Shown: positions 27,219 to 36,755, numbered from the stretch's first letter. The stretch: 64,000 nt of DNA from Nanobdellota archaeon (GCA_030697505.1 JAUYPX010000018.1:3265-67264); one strand, 5' to 3'. Program-made: numbers and translations. Notes: generated by a model from the sequence alone, not told the origin.

Positions 27219-27548
27219 TCAAAAATCCATCCTATACTCATTCCCATGCTTCTTAAACCCTAACTTTTCATAAAGATGATGTGCGCGTTCATTAGAGAAT
27301 CTGCTGGTACAGATCAATTTATAACATCCGCGTTTCTGCGCTTCTTCGATGATGGCGGCGGTGATCTTCTCCCCATAGCCTTTTCCCCTGAATACTTCTT
27401 CTACAAAGATGTCTTCCATCAAGCCGAAAGGTTGGGCATGCAGATCGTTATGTAAAATATATAGAAACCCTCGGCCTAGGGTTTGCCCATTTTCTTCAAG
27501 CATTATTTTCACACCGGAAGCGGAAATATTTTGGGTTAATGTTGGCAT
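27219..27548 (-). CDS. GNAT-family N-acetyltransferase
   Basis: Acetyl-CoA binding motif A region FRGKGYGEKITAAIIEEA and C-terminal YEKLGF. Confidence 0.6.
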   Translation of the reverse strand: MPTLTQNISASGVKIMLEENGQTLGRGFLYILHNDLHAQPFGLMEDIFVEEVFRGKGYGEKITAAIIEEAQKRGCYKLICTSRFSNERAHHLYEKLGFKKHGNEYRMDF

Positions 27549-27598
27549 TAGAAGTTAAACCATTGAATTATTTAAAAATCTTAGGAAAAGATACGTGA

Positions 27599-28129
27599 CT
27601 ACTCCCCTTCGGCCAAATAGCCTTGGTAAGGGAATTTCTTAGCCTGCATGTCAAAATATTTTTTTATCTGAGCATGCAGATTCCAGACCCGATAGTAAAG
27701 CTGGTCAAAGTACACCGTCTCGATAGGATTCATATGCGGCAGTCTGTAAAACCATTTTCCCAGCAGCTGGGCAAACTTGCTTCCGCCAAATTTCTTCTGC
27801 CAATCATGCTCGATAGCACTATTGATGATGATGTATAATCTTGCTCTCATCAGCGGTTTCTTACGGCCTTCTGCAGCTACATCCTTCACTTCCCACATAT
27901 GGACAGTGAACAGGATATCATACTTGATGAATTCAGTCACGTTATTGGTGAGCTGCCAAGCTAGCTCTTGCTCTGCGCCTTCCGCGCCGGGAACTTTGTG
28001 CTTAAAAGAAGATTCATGCCACATATAGCCGTTCTTCTTGGCCCATTCGTGCACTTCAGCATACAATGCATCAAAATCAAATACGCCGTTATAGCGCAAG
28101 GTAATTTGGGGAAGAGGGACTTTCAACAT
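27599..28129 (-). CDS. member 3 of the unknown three-paralog family
   Basis: LRYNGVFDFDALYAEVHEWAKKNGY parallels the N-termini of 21748..22332 and 22335..22847. Confidence 0.4.
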   Translation of the reverse strand: MLKVPLPQITLRYNGVFDFDALYAEVHEWAKKNGYMWHESSFKHKVPGAEGAEQELAWQLTNNVTEFIKYDILFTVHMWEVKDVAAEGRKKPLMRARLYIIINSAIEHDWQKKFGGSKFAQLLGKWFYRLPHMNPIETVYFDQLYYRVWNLHAQIKKYFDMQAKKFPYQGYLAEGE

Positions 28130-28198
28130 AATTGGAAGAGTCTTGGAAGATATATAAAGATTTCTGAGAGAGAATAGATAGTGGAGAGGAAATCGAGG

Positions 28199-28624
28199 TT
28201 ATTTTTTTTCTCGCGCTGGTTCTACCCTCATCACGACGTAACCTAAATTAATCGTTCTTCGTTCTCTAAATAAAACCATTTCATCTTCAATAGGAATTCT
28301 GCCACTTTCATTAATTGCACTTTCTAAACTATCATAGAATTCTTGAGCAGCTTTATCCCATTCTTCCGGGGTTGCACTTGGTGATGGCACTGGTGCTGTT
28401 ACTCCAACATTAAGAAAATAACCCTCCTCCATCGGTCTCCAAGCTTCTGAAAAATTAATTCCATCAAAAATATGAAAATAAACATCAGCATGTCTTCCTA
28501 CGATAAAACCGCCGTCAGGACATCCACTACATAAATCATCAAAATCTCTTCTAGTAAGAACTAATTCATACTTTCTTTTTCCATCATAATTTGATTTTGT
28601 TATTCTCATATTTTTTATATTCAT
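28199..28624 (-). CDS. hypothetical protein; start trimmed to the internal Met because the upstream 26 codons run into the structured repeat
   Basis: ORF 28199..28702, but codons upstream of MNIKNM are read from repeat element C (28626-28897). Confidence 0.35.
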   Translation of the reverse strand: MNIKNMRITKSNYDGKRKYELVLTRRDFDDLCSGCPDGGFIVGRHADVYFHIFDGINFSEAWRPMEEGYFLNVGVTAPVPSPSATPEEWDKAAQEFYDSLESAINESGRIPIEDEMVLFRERRTINLGYVVMRVEPAREKK

Positions 28625-28625
28625 T

Positions 28626-28897
28626 AAAATCTGCTTTTTCCACCAGTGTCCTGAGAAGCGAAGCTTCTGGGATGCCAATAAAGTAGTTTCTTTATTGTGC
28701 ATATTTCACTGGTGGTAAATCGTTGATTTCACCTTGATTGGAAAAAGCAGGGTCGGAAATTCGACCGAGCGAAGCATGAAATAAAGAAACTACTTTATTT
28801 CAGCACTGAAAATTAATCGTTGTTAATTTTCATGTGTTTCTTTTCTTGAGCGACCATGCCACTGGTGTGTTCGCCAGTGGTGTCGAATTTCTTTGAC
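28626..28897. repeat. about 272 bp highly structured element, copy C; inverted copy of 40277-40548
   Basis: Reverse complement matches copy D end to end at about 95% identity. Contains several hairpins: ccaccagtg...cactggtgg, two AATAAAG..CTTTATT modules, ccactggtg-tgttcg-ccagtggtg, and a long-range pair ctgctttttcc/ggaaaaagcag. Confidence 0.85.
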
Positions 28898-28906
28898 TAT
28901 TCTCAG

Positions 28907-31900
28907 TTACAATTTCTCAAAATAAGCGCTAAACTCTTCATCCTTAACTTTGAATGTTCCAGTATGCTTATACTTCCTCTGCGGTTCATACAGTACAATA
29001 TCAAAGACATGCGCGCCTACTTTGAGCTGCATCTCATTCTTTAACGAAGTTAACATTTTCTTCATCCCAGCACTAACTTTCAGATAAAGCACAATCTTAT
29101 CAGTCTTCTGCATTTCCGCTTTTTTGCGCAGCTCCTGCACGTTGCGGGCAGCTTCCCGGGCAAATCCTTCTGCTTCTAGTTCTCCCGTTCGCTCGGTATT
29201 TACCAACACCGTGATATCTTTGTATTCAGATAAAGTATAATTGTGCGGCGCTTCACGTTCTACGATCACCATTTCCGGGGTAACTTCCACCGTCTGGTTG
29301 TTGATGGTGAAAGAATATTTTCCTTCTTTCTGAAGATGATTCATGATTGACTGCGGACTATCTAAAGCTAGTTTAGCGATGATCTGTGGGGATAATTTTC
29401 CGAAGGCTGGACCGATCTTAGCATAGTCCGGTTTTATTTTAAGCTGCATCTCTGTACTGTGTGAAGCGGCAGTAATCACTTTGGCATTCAGCTGGGAGCA
29501 TACCACATCTTGTAATTTTGAGACTACGCTTTTTACCACAGGATTTTCGCTGATGACCTGCACTTCTTGTACCGGCCATCTGACCCCTAGTTTTGCTTTC
29601 TCCCGGGCGTGCAGGCCGGCCTGGATGATTCCTTGCGCCAAGGACATCTGCTGTTCTAATTTTTGATTTATTTTTTTAGGATCTGCTTTCGGCCAGGCAT
29701 AGTGCATGATGCTTTCTTCTTTGAGCTTGAATTCATCTTTCAAATTTAGGTAGATAGCTTCAGAAACGAAGGGCGCGATAATGCTGAACATCTTTACCGA
29801 TTCCAGCAACACCTGTCCGATAGTATAGACACAAGCTTCTTTCTCTTCCTCGCTGCCGGTCGAGCTTTTTTCGCGGATCATCTGAATGTACGTTCGTGAT
29901 AATTCTAAGAATAATTCTTCCAGCGGAGCGATAACTTCATCCAAGCGATATTCATCCAGCAGTTTGGTGACTTGCTTGATCACTGAATGTAATCTGGAAA
30001 AGATATATTTCTCTTCCATCTCAAAATTCTTTTCTACTGCTGTAGCTTTAAGAGAGTAAGAATCTATTCTGGTCTCCTTGGCCAGGTTGATTAAAAATTT
30101 GTGAGTGTTCCAAAGCACAGTAAGGTTGCGCACTTTAGCTTTGCATTCTTCCCAGCTGAAATTGATATCTTCTCCGGCATTGGTCTGGCACAGGTAATAG
30201 CGCAGGGTATCAGCACCGTGCTTGTCGATCAATTCATACGGCGAGATGATGTTGCCCAAGGATTTAGACATCTTTACATCGTTAACATCAGTGACAAATC
30301 CATTCATGTAGACGCTTTTGAAGGAGGGTTTGTTGAAAGCCAAAAAGGAAGCGACCATCAGCAGATTGAACCAGCCGCGGACTTGATCCTTTCCTTCCAG
30401 GATAAAATCAGCAGGGAAGAGCTGCTCAAATAATTTTTCGTCTCTCGGGTAATTCAAGCAGTTCCAAGAGACCGTACCGGCATCGATCCAGACGTCTAGT
30501 ACATCCGGAATTCTGCGATATACTTTCCCGCTTTTTTTGACCAAAATTTTATCGATGTCCGGAATATGCATATTAGTCACTTTCTGTCCAGAAAGTTTTT
30601 CTAATTCTTTGACGCTGCCGACCACCAGATAATCTCCGTCATCTGCCTGCCAGATGGGAACAGCAGTCCCCCAGTAGCGCTGTTTGGTGATGGAATTATC
30701 CCGTAGATTTTCCAGCCAAGACTTAAAGGCGTGTTTCGCAGCCTGAGGATTCCAGGATATTTTTTCATTGGCGGCAATCATCTTCCCCTTAAGATCTTCT
30801 ACTTTGAAGAACCATTGTTTTGTCGTTCTGAAAATGACCGGCTCATGGCTTCGTTCTCCATGCGGATAATCGTGGCTGTACGATTCTTTGGCAACTAAGA
30901 CTTCTGCTTCCTGCAGCGCCTGGATGAATTTTTTATCGTCTGTTTTTGCTTTCCAGCCGCTGAATAGGCCGAAGTTATCAAAGTGTCCCGATTCATTCAC
31001 GCAGTTAAACGGCATTAAACCATTACGATAGCCTACTTCATAATCCTCAGGGCCGCAGCCGGGAGCGCAGTGGACTAAACCGGTACCGGCGCTGTCATCA
31101 ACATATTCTTTGCTGAGAAGGATGGAAAATAATTTCTGATTTTTTTGCAGTTCCGGGGGTAGAGATTTCTGAGTGTTTAATGGATGGAGATATTTTTTTC
31201 CTTCTAACTCAGAACCCTTAAACTTGCGGACAATCTTGTAATCATTAATTTTTGCTTTTCCTGTAAGATGCCCGACTAAATTTTCTGCAATAACCCATTT
31301 TTCATTTTTGGCATGTTCAGTATTTACCATAACTTCCGCATAGGTAAGATCGGGATTAACCATGATCGCTAAGTTAAGCGGAATAGTCCAGGGAGTGGTG
31401 GTCCAAACCAAATAAAATTTTGTTTTGTCTTCTTTGCTTTGGAATTTCAGGTAAATAGAAGTATCAGTGATTTTCTTATATTCCAATTCGTGTTTAGCTA
31501 CGGCAGTCTGGGTAGCGGCATCCCAGTGCATGGTTCGCAATCCTTGGTAAAGCCTTTTTTTTTCATAGGCTTGCTTGATCAGCCACCATTCCGCTTCCAT
31601 GAATTCTTTCTTGATGGGCTGATAGGGATCAGAAAAATCTAAGGTCGCGCCTAAACGCTGGAAATCCTGGTCCATCTTATGCATCATCTCGATGCAAAAT
31701 TTTTCACATTCCTGGGTGAATCTCTTTACGCCGAATCTCTCGATATCTTCTTTATCGCGAAGCTCCAACTTAGCCATGGCTTTCTGTTCCGTAGGAAGGC
31801 CGTGCATGTCGTAGCCCATGCGGTCCCAGACCTTGAATCCCTGAGCGCGCTTATAGCGGAGCATCATATCTTTCAAGCTCATATTCCAGGCATGTCCTAG

Positions 31901-32056
31901 ATGGATGTGTCCAGAAGTATAAGGAGGCCCCTGCAGAAAATAGAATTTCTTTCCTTTCTGGTTGCGCTTGCGTAATGAATCTAAAACTTTATTTTTCTTC
32001 CAGAATTCTAAGATCTGCGGTTCAAGCTGCTGAGCATTATAATCAGGAAATTTCAT
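28907..32056 (-). CDS. ileS: isoleucyl-tRNA synthetase, archaeal/eukaryal type
   Basis: HIGH region PPYTSGHIHLGHAWN, KMSKS as KMSKSLGN, CP1 editing-domain blocks, 1049 aa. Confidence 0.9.
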   Translation of the reverse strand: MKFPDYNAQQLEPQILEFWKKNKVLDSLRKRNQKGKKFYFLQGPPYTSGHIHLGHAWNMSLKDMMLRYKRAQGFKVWDRMGYDMHGLPTEQKAMAKLELRDKEDIERFGVKRFTQECEKFCIEMMHKMDQDFQRLGATLDFSDPYQPIKKEFMEAEWWLIKQAYEKKRLYQGLRTMHWDAATQTAVAKHELEYKKITDTSIYLKFQSKEDKTKFYLVWTTTPWTIPLNLAIMVNPDLTYAEVMVNTEHAKNEKWVIAENLVGHLTGKAKINDYKIVRKFKGSELEGKKYLHPLNTQKSLPPELQKNQKLFSILLSKEYVDDSAGTGLVHCAPGCGPEDYEVGYRNGLMPFNCVNESGHFDNFGLFSGWKAKTDDKKFIQALQEAEVLVAKESYSHDYPHGERSHEPVIFRTTKQWFFKVEDLKGKMIAANEKISWNPQAAKHAFKSWLENLRDNSITKQRYWGTAVPIWQADDGDYLVVGSVKELEKLSGQKVTNMHIPDIDKILVKKSGKVYRRIPDVLDVWIDAGTVSWNCLNYPRDEKLFEQLFPADFILEGKDQVRGWFNLLMVASFLAFNKPSFKSVYMNGFVTDVNDVKMSKSLGNIISPYELIDKHGADTLRYYLCQTNAGEDINFSWEECKAKVRNLTVLWNTHKFLINLAKETRIDSYSLKATAVEKNFEMEEKYIFSRLHSVIKQVTKLLDEYRLDEVIAPLEELFLELSRTYIQMIREKSSTGSEEEKEACVYTIGQVLLESVKMFSIIAPFVSEAIYLNLKDEFKLKEESIMHYAWPKADPKKINQKLEQQMSLAQGIIQAGLHAREKAKLGVRWPVQEVQVISENPVVKSVVSKLQDVVCSQLNAKVITAASHSTEMQLKIKPDYAKIGPAFGKLSPQIIAKLALDSPQSIMNHLQKEGKYSFTINNQTVEVTPEMVIVEREAPHNYTLSEYKDITVLVNTERTGELEAEGFAREAARNVQELRKKAEMQKTDKIVLYLKVSAGMKKMLTSLKNEMQLKVGAHVFDIVLYEPQRKYKHTGTFKVKDEEFSAYFEKL

Positions 32057-32159
32057 GAAGGTTGAGAAGAAGAGAGGTCTTTAAAAATTATTCCATCAGA
32101 TTATATTTATACGATTAAAGAGTAGCAAGGGAACAGTCAAATAAGATCACATATAGTTT

Positions 32160-33347
32160 TTATCCCTTTAAAGCCAGGTAAAGCTCTCGCATCTTTCTAT
32201 TCTTTCCTAGTTTTTCCAATGCTTGCGCTTCCAGCTGCCTGATCCGTTCACGGCTTAATCCATGCCTATCGCCTATCTGCTGCAGTTTGAGAGGTTCTTC
32301 ATCAAAGCCAATACGTTTATTGATAATATCCAACTCCATGGGGGTTAAAATTGATTTCAAAGTACGGTGAACGATCTCTTTTTGTTGATCTCGAAATACC
32401 TGCTCCAAAGGTGAAGCTGAAGCTTTGTCCTCAAGGACGGAATGAAAACTTAGGCCTGGAAAGTCATCTTCCTGAGTTTGAATTTTGTCTAACGAAAAAG
32501 GTTCGGCATCCAGCAAGGCATCCACCACTACTCTAGCAGGAAATTTAGTAGCCTTAACTATCTCTTCGACGCTTACATGGTCCTGGCCCTTTTTCTGTCG
32601 CAGCTGGATATGGGCCGTTTTTACTTTGTTAAAAACTGCTTCCGCCTGTACAGGTATGCGGATAGTTCGGCTGGTGTTGCTGATGGCCCGGCCTATTTCC
32701 TGCCGTATCCACCAAGTAGAGTAAGTAACAAATTTGAAACCTTTTCTATAATCAAAACCATCTACGCCTCGATAAAGACCTTCGTTTCCTTCTTGGATAC
32801 AATCAAGCAAACTCATTTTACCGCGGCGGGCATATCTCTTAGCGATAGAAACAACAAAACGTAAATTGTGTTTCGCAAGTAAGTCTCTCGATTCTTCCCA
32901 GACGGAAACCAGTTCTTCCAACTGTTCCCGTTTCTTATTGATTTTGCTGAGACTTGATCTGGAACGCCCATAAAGTACCTGCTCTTCATCCTGATTGAGT
33001 TTTTGCTGATAGGCCCCTACCACCGTTTTGTAGGTGCTGGTAAAGGGGACAATCTGACGCAATACTTCGATACGCCCATAGAATTTCTTTTCTGAAGTTG
33101 CTCTGACAGTTAAAAGGCGTTTCACTGCCTGTTTATTTTTCTTCTCCTCTTGCGGCAGCTGATCCAGAAAATAAGTTGTTAAAAATGCCGGGTCGGATCG
33201 GAATACCGTCCAGAGAATCTTGTTGCCATTTCGCTCAATCTGCTGAGCTGCGGCAATTTCTTCATCACGATTGAGAGGAGAATATCCTCCAATTTCTCGT
33301 AAATAAGTCTCAATGTTCTTACCGGTTACAGTAGGTTTTATCATCAT
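32160..33347 (-). CDS. bacterial-type RNA polymerase sigma-70 family factor (regions 1.2, 2, 3 and 4 all present)
   Basis: Region 1.2 YLREIGGYSPLNRDEEIAAAQ. Region 2 NLRFVVSIAKRYARRGKMSLLDCIQEGNEGLYRGVDGFDYRKGFKFVTYSTWWIRQEIGRAI. Region 3 TIRIPVQAEAVFNKV. Region 4 HTH TPMELDIINKRIGFDEEPLKLQQIGDRHGLSRERIRQLEAQALEKL. Confidence 0.8.
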   Translation of the reverse strand: MMIKPTVTGKNIETYLREIGGYSPLNRDEEIAAAQQIERNGNKILWTVFRSDPAFLTTYFLDQLPQEEKKNKQAVKRLLTVRATSEKKFYGRIEVLRQIVPFTSTYKTVVGAYQQKLNQDEEQVLYGRSRSSLSKINKKREQLEELVSVWEESRDLLAKHNLRFVVSIAKRYARRGKMSLLDCIQEGNEGLYRGVDGFDYRKGFKFVTYSTWWIRQEIGRAISNTSRTIRIPVQAEAVFNKVKTAHIQLRQKKGQDHVSVEEIVKATKFPARVVVDALLDAEPFSLDKIQTQEDDFPGLSFHSVLEDKASASPLEQVFRDQQKEIVHRTLKSILTPMELDIINKRIGFDEEPLKLQQIGDRHGLSRERIRQLEAQALEKLGKNRKMRELYLALKG

Positions 33348-33382
33348 TCAATCCATAAACACCTAAACCACACTAAAAACCT

Positions 33383-34108
33383 CTAATTAGACTTAAGAAT
33401 CAGTATATTTCCACGTCCCTTTTTAATCTTTTCTACTTTTCCTTTATGTTCCAGCTCAGTTACAATGAGGCTTACTTTGGCTTCAGAGAGGTACATCATT
33501 TCCTTGCGCAGCTCTTTCTGGTTGATCCGGCCGTCATGTTTTTTGATGATCTCTAACGCTTGATCAAGGTATCCTGGCTCCTTAGCCAGCTCTTCCTTAT
33601 GCTGCTCCATAGTTTTTTGGCTATCTTCTTTGATTTTTTTACGGAAGACCAGGAGAGAGCCGTATTTTTTCCTGGTGTAGATGATCCTTGCTAGGAGTAC
33701 AGTAAAAATGATTCCAGCGATGATCCAGGACCATAAAGGAAGGGGAGTTTCTTCGGTCTCCAGAGGAAGTTCCTGCTGGGTCTCCTGCCATAATTCGTCT
33801 TCTTCTACAAAATCTGGCAGCAGGAAAAGGTCTAAGATGTATTCTCCTTGAGCGGAAGTGATTTCTACTTGTTCGCTGATAATATACTGATCATTTTTAG
33901 CGGTGAGGGCGTACTTTCCGACTGGTAAATCAAAGGAATAGCTGCCGGTTTTAGCTAAATATTTCTGCTGGGGAATGGTGTTGATCTCGACTAAAACATC
34001 TTGAGCTACATCTAAATTTTCATCGTAGATGCTGCCTTTGAGGGTTGCTGCGGAAGCTAAAGGAGTCATGAGTAAGATGAATAAGAAAATGCTTAGTCCG
34101 TGCTTCAT
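33383..34108 (-). CDS. membrane-anchored putative transcription regulator: signal peptide, extracellular carboxypeptidase-regulatory-like beta domain, one TM helix, cytoplasmic winged HTH
   Basis: Signal peptide (LMTPLASAA), TM WSWIIAGIIFTVLLARIIY, and a C-terminal wHTH-like ALEIIKKHDGRINQKELRKEMMYLSEAKVSLIVTELEHKGKVEKIK. Confidence 0.45.
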   Translation of the reverse strand: MKHGLSIFLFILLMTPLASAATLKGSIYDENLDVAQDVLVEINTIPQQKYLAKTGSYSFDLPVGKYALTAKNDQYIISEQVEITSAQGEYILDLFLLPDFVEEDELWQETQQELPLETEETPLPLWSWIIAGIIFTVLLARIIYTRKKYGSLLVFRKKIKEDSQKTMEQHKEELAKEPGYLDQALEIIKKHDGRINQKELRKEMMYLSEAKVSLIVTELEHKGKVEKIKKGRGNILILKSN

Positions 34109-34228
34109 GAAGCGTATTACTCTAAAAGGATATAAAAAGATATCGGGAATAAGTTCAAAATAAAGGTTTTAATCTTTCTAAACCTTCCTAAAGTGTCCTA
34201 AAGTATCCTGTAAAGTATTCCCAAAAGT

Positions 34229-35575
34229 ATGTTTAAAAAGAAGTTAGGCCGCGTAGTTCTCATAAATTCAAACGGAGGTCACAAAATGACATCATTCAAA
34301 CAAAAATTAAGCGCCATGCTGGTGTTGTCGCTCTTTTTATTGAGCGTCTTGCCAGCAGGATTAGCTGATGAAGGAAAAAACATGGTAGATGTTGATGCAG
34401 AAGTTCATCTAGAATCAGATGCAGCTGATGCAGAAGTAAAGACAGAATCAAAGACCGAAGTGGAATCTAAAGACAATGATTCTGAGACAGAAGAAGAAGT
34501 AAAAGTTAAAACAAAAGTAAGAGATGGTTCTCTTAAAAGTTCAAAATTAGTTAAAAGAGAAGTAAAAGAACTGAAGAGAGATTTACACCAAGCTCGGGAA
34601 CGATTAGAAGAAGCGAAAGAGCGCTATAAGGAAGCAAAGGAAGAGCAGCGCGAACACCGCCAGAAAGTGCTGGATTTAGATAAAGCAGCGAAGCGCTGTA
34701 ATCCTGAGAAAAGAGATTGTGCGACTCTAAAAATGGAATTGCGGACAGGAGTCAAAAATCATCTGCTCAAATCAGTTCAAGTAGTGGAACGGTCTTTGGA
34801 AAAGCTTACCAAGACTATTGAAAAGATGGAAGACTTGTCTGAAGAAGAGAAAGAAAATGCTTTAGCCCTAGTTGCTGATCTAGAAGCAGAATTAGATGCG
34901 CAGAAAGCAAAGATCAACAGCTTTACCGATGAAACTTCTAAGGAAGAGATCAGAGCTGCTATCAAGGACTTGAAGGAATTGAACCAAAAAGTGCATAAAT
35001 TGCAGCGACGCTTGGTCGGCTTGTTAGTAAACGCTAAGCTTCAGGTCTTAGTGGAGAAGCAGGCTGAGCTCCATGCTGGAATGCAAGCACGCATTGATGC
35101 TTTAGCAGCAACTGGCGCAGACGTATCTGAACTAGAAGCAATCCTCGCTGAATTTGACGCTAAAGTTGAAGAGTTAAAGCAGGATTACCAAACTGCCCAG
35201 CAGAAATGGATGGAAGCAAAAACTGCAGAAGACTTTGACCAGTTCAACCGCAATTTACGGGAAGCTCAGCATCAAGTCAGAAAAGACTTGCAGGATCTTA
35301 AGAAGATTCTACGAGATTTCCTTCATACACACAAGGAACTAAAGGAAGGCTCGGAAGAAGATGAAAACGAATCAGAGAAGGAAACAGAAAAAGAATCTGA
35401 AGACTCTGAGGAAGATACTGCTGAAAATGAGTCAGAAGACGCAAATGATTCTGATGATGAAGAAAGCGAGGATGCAGAAGAAGCTGATCATAAGAACGAA
35501 AGCGAAGAGTCTGATGATGAAGCTGAAAGCAACACCACTTTGGAAGCTAACACCAGCGCAACAGCAACTGCATAA
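34229..35575 (+). CDS. secreted coiled-coil protein with a highly acidic Asp/Glu/Ser-rich C-terminal tail
   Basis: Signal peptide, long heptad-like K/E/L-rich region, and an acidic low-complexity tail (35340-35540). Confidence 0.4.
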   Translation: MFKKKLGRVVLINSNGGHKMTSFKQKLSAMLVLSLFLLSVLPAGLADEGKNMVDVDAEVHLESDAADAEVKTESKTEVESKDNDSETEEEVKVKTKVRDGSLKSSKLVKREVKELKRDLHQARERLEEAKERYKEAKEEQREHRQKVLDLDKAAKRCNPEKRDCATLKMELRTGVKNHLLKSVQVVERSLEKLTKTIEKMEDLSEEEKENALALVADLEAELDAQKAKINSFTDETSKEEIRAAIKDLKELNQKVHKLQRRLVGLLVNAKLQVLVEKQAELHAGMQARIDALAATGADVSELEAILAEFDAKVEELKQDYQTAQQKWMEAKTAEDFDQFNRNLREAQHQVRKDLQDLKKILRDFLHTHKELKEGSEEDENESEKETEKESEDSEEDTAENESEDANDSDDEESEDAEEADHKNESEESDDEAESNTTLEANTSATATA

Positions 35576-35577
35576 AG

Positions 35578-35817
35578 GTGAGCAAGATGAAAATCGTACG
35601 AATTTCATTGTTGCTGCTTATCTTAGCAGTAGCTATAGTCAGCGGCTGTAAAGCTGCTCAAGACATCTCCAGCGAGCCAGGAACCTTGTTAAGCGAAGGA
35701 GCAAATCCTTCCGAGCAAGCGGTGGACAGCGGATTACAGGAATTAGATGAGATCGATTCCTTAGCCGAAGAGACCGACTTAGGCTTAGAAGAGCTGGAGA
35801 AGATAGAGTTAGAATAA
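35578..35817 (+). CDS. small acidic lipoprotein
   Basis: Signal peptide with lipobox-like IVSGC. Confidence 0.3.
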   Translation: MSKMKIVRISLLLLILAVAIVSGCKAAQDISSEPGTLLSEGANPSEQAVDSGLQELDEIDSLAEETDLGLEELEKIELE

Positions 35818-35824
35818 GATTTTT

Positions 35825-36643
35825 TTATTTTTTATCTTTTTCTTTTTTCTGATATTTAATTGCTTTATACCCAGCCTGTTGCAGACTGTTTTCTGGGTTA
35901 CCAGCCAGCAAAGCCCCGTAATGAGCCTGTTGTTCTCCTACTGAACGCATAATATGGGTTTTTTTATGTTTAAATCCCCGTTCTTCAAAAATAGGAGTAA
36001 GATATTTGGCCATATCGGTTCGGTCTTCTTCAGAAAGTATACCCTCCAAGGCCTTCTTATTTAAAAAAATATTGTAACTTTTCTTTACCCGCTCAGACAT
36101 ATTTTTTAATTCATCAATAAGCTCAACCTTTTTCTTCCCTTTTAATCGTTTAATGTATGAATCGCTTAAGATGTTTTGTGGGTTTCCTTCGTCATCAAAA
36201 TGAAACTGGCCCATAAACTGCCCTTTTAACTCCCGTAATTCTTTTTTATCCATCTTATTTTCTTTCTGAGCATGATCCATTGCTTTCTTAAATCCGCTCC
36301 CCATAGCTTGCTGCAGGAATGTGTCAGCATAGGTGTCTAATATTTCCGCTAATTTATCCTCATCCTCTAACTTTTCATCATCTTCTTTGACATGCTTATC
36401 TAATTTTTTATATGCTTCATTAAACGCTCCAGGATAGTCTTTCTCTTTTCCTGGTCTTCCGAAAATAGTATAATGAGCGTGATGGGCAAAAACCGCACCA
36501 TGAATACTCTCTGGATCATAGAATTCTTCAAATTTCTTAATACGATCCTTGAATTCTTTTCCAGCTTTATGATGATATTTTTGATAGTCTGCAATAATTT
36601 CTTCTACGGTCTTGGGCTTCTTCTTATCACCTTTTTGAGACAT
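35825..36643 (-). CDS. hypothetical protein
   Basis: ORF, K/E-rich; no motif recognised. Confidence 0.3.
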   Translation of the reverse strand: MSQKGDKKKPKTVEEIIADYQKYHHKAGKEFKDRIKKFEEFYDPESIHGAVFAHHAHYTIFGRPGKEKDYPGAFNEAYKKLDKHVKEDDEKLEDEDKLAEILDTYADTFLQQAMGSGFKKAMDHAQKENKMDKKELRELKGQFMGQFHFDDEGNPQNILSDSYIKRLKGKKKVELIDELKNMSERVKKSYNIFLNKKALEGILSEEDRTDMAKYLTPIFEERGFKHKKTHIMRSVGEQQAHYGALLAGNPENSLQQAGYKAIKYQKKEKDKK

Positions 36644-36725
36644 GGCTTTGATAAGCTAAACAGAATATTTAAAGATTTCTCATTTGGGCAGAGTAATAAC
36701 TACTTAGTAGTTACACAACAGAAGG

Positions 36726-36733
36726 TTTAAAAA
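36726..36733 (+). promoter_or_regulatory. archaeal TATA-box-like element about 27 nt upstream of the ATG at 36756
   Basis: tttaaaaa preceded by gg at the canonical spacing. Confidence 0.35.
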
Positions 36734-36755
36734 GGATTGGCAAATTAAGCTTAAG

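Noticed and set aside
29481-31900. Multiple 60-110 aa ORFs on the opposite strand inside ileS, and similar antisense ORFs inside the giant surface-protein genes and ftsY
   Set aside because: Antisense or alternative-frame artefacts of long genes in AT-rich DNA, with no independent support.
32160-33347. The sigma-70 gene as a simple assembly chimera or contaminant
   Set aside because: Cannot be excluded without reads. GC content, codon usage and gene spacing look continuous with the flanking archaeal-type genes, and the gene is embedded between ileS and a co-oriented neighbour, not at a contig edge. Therefore kept as a finding, not dismissed.
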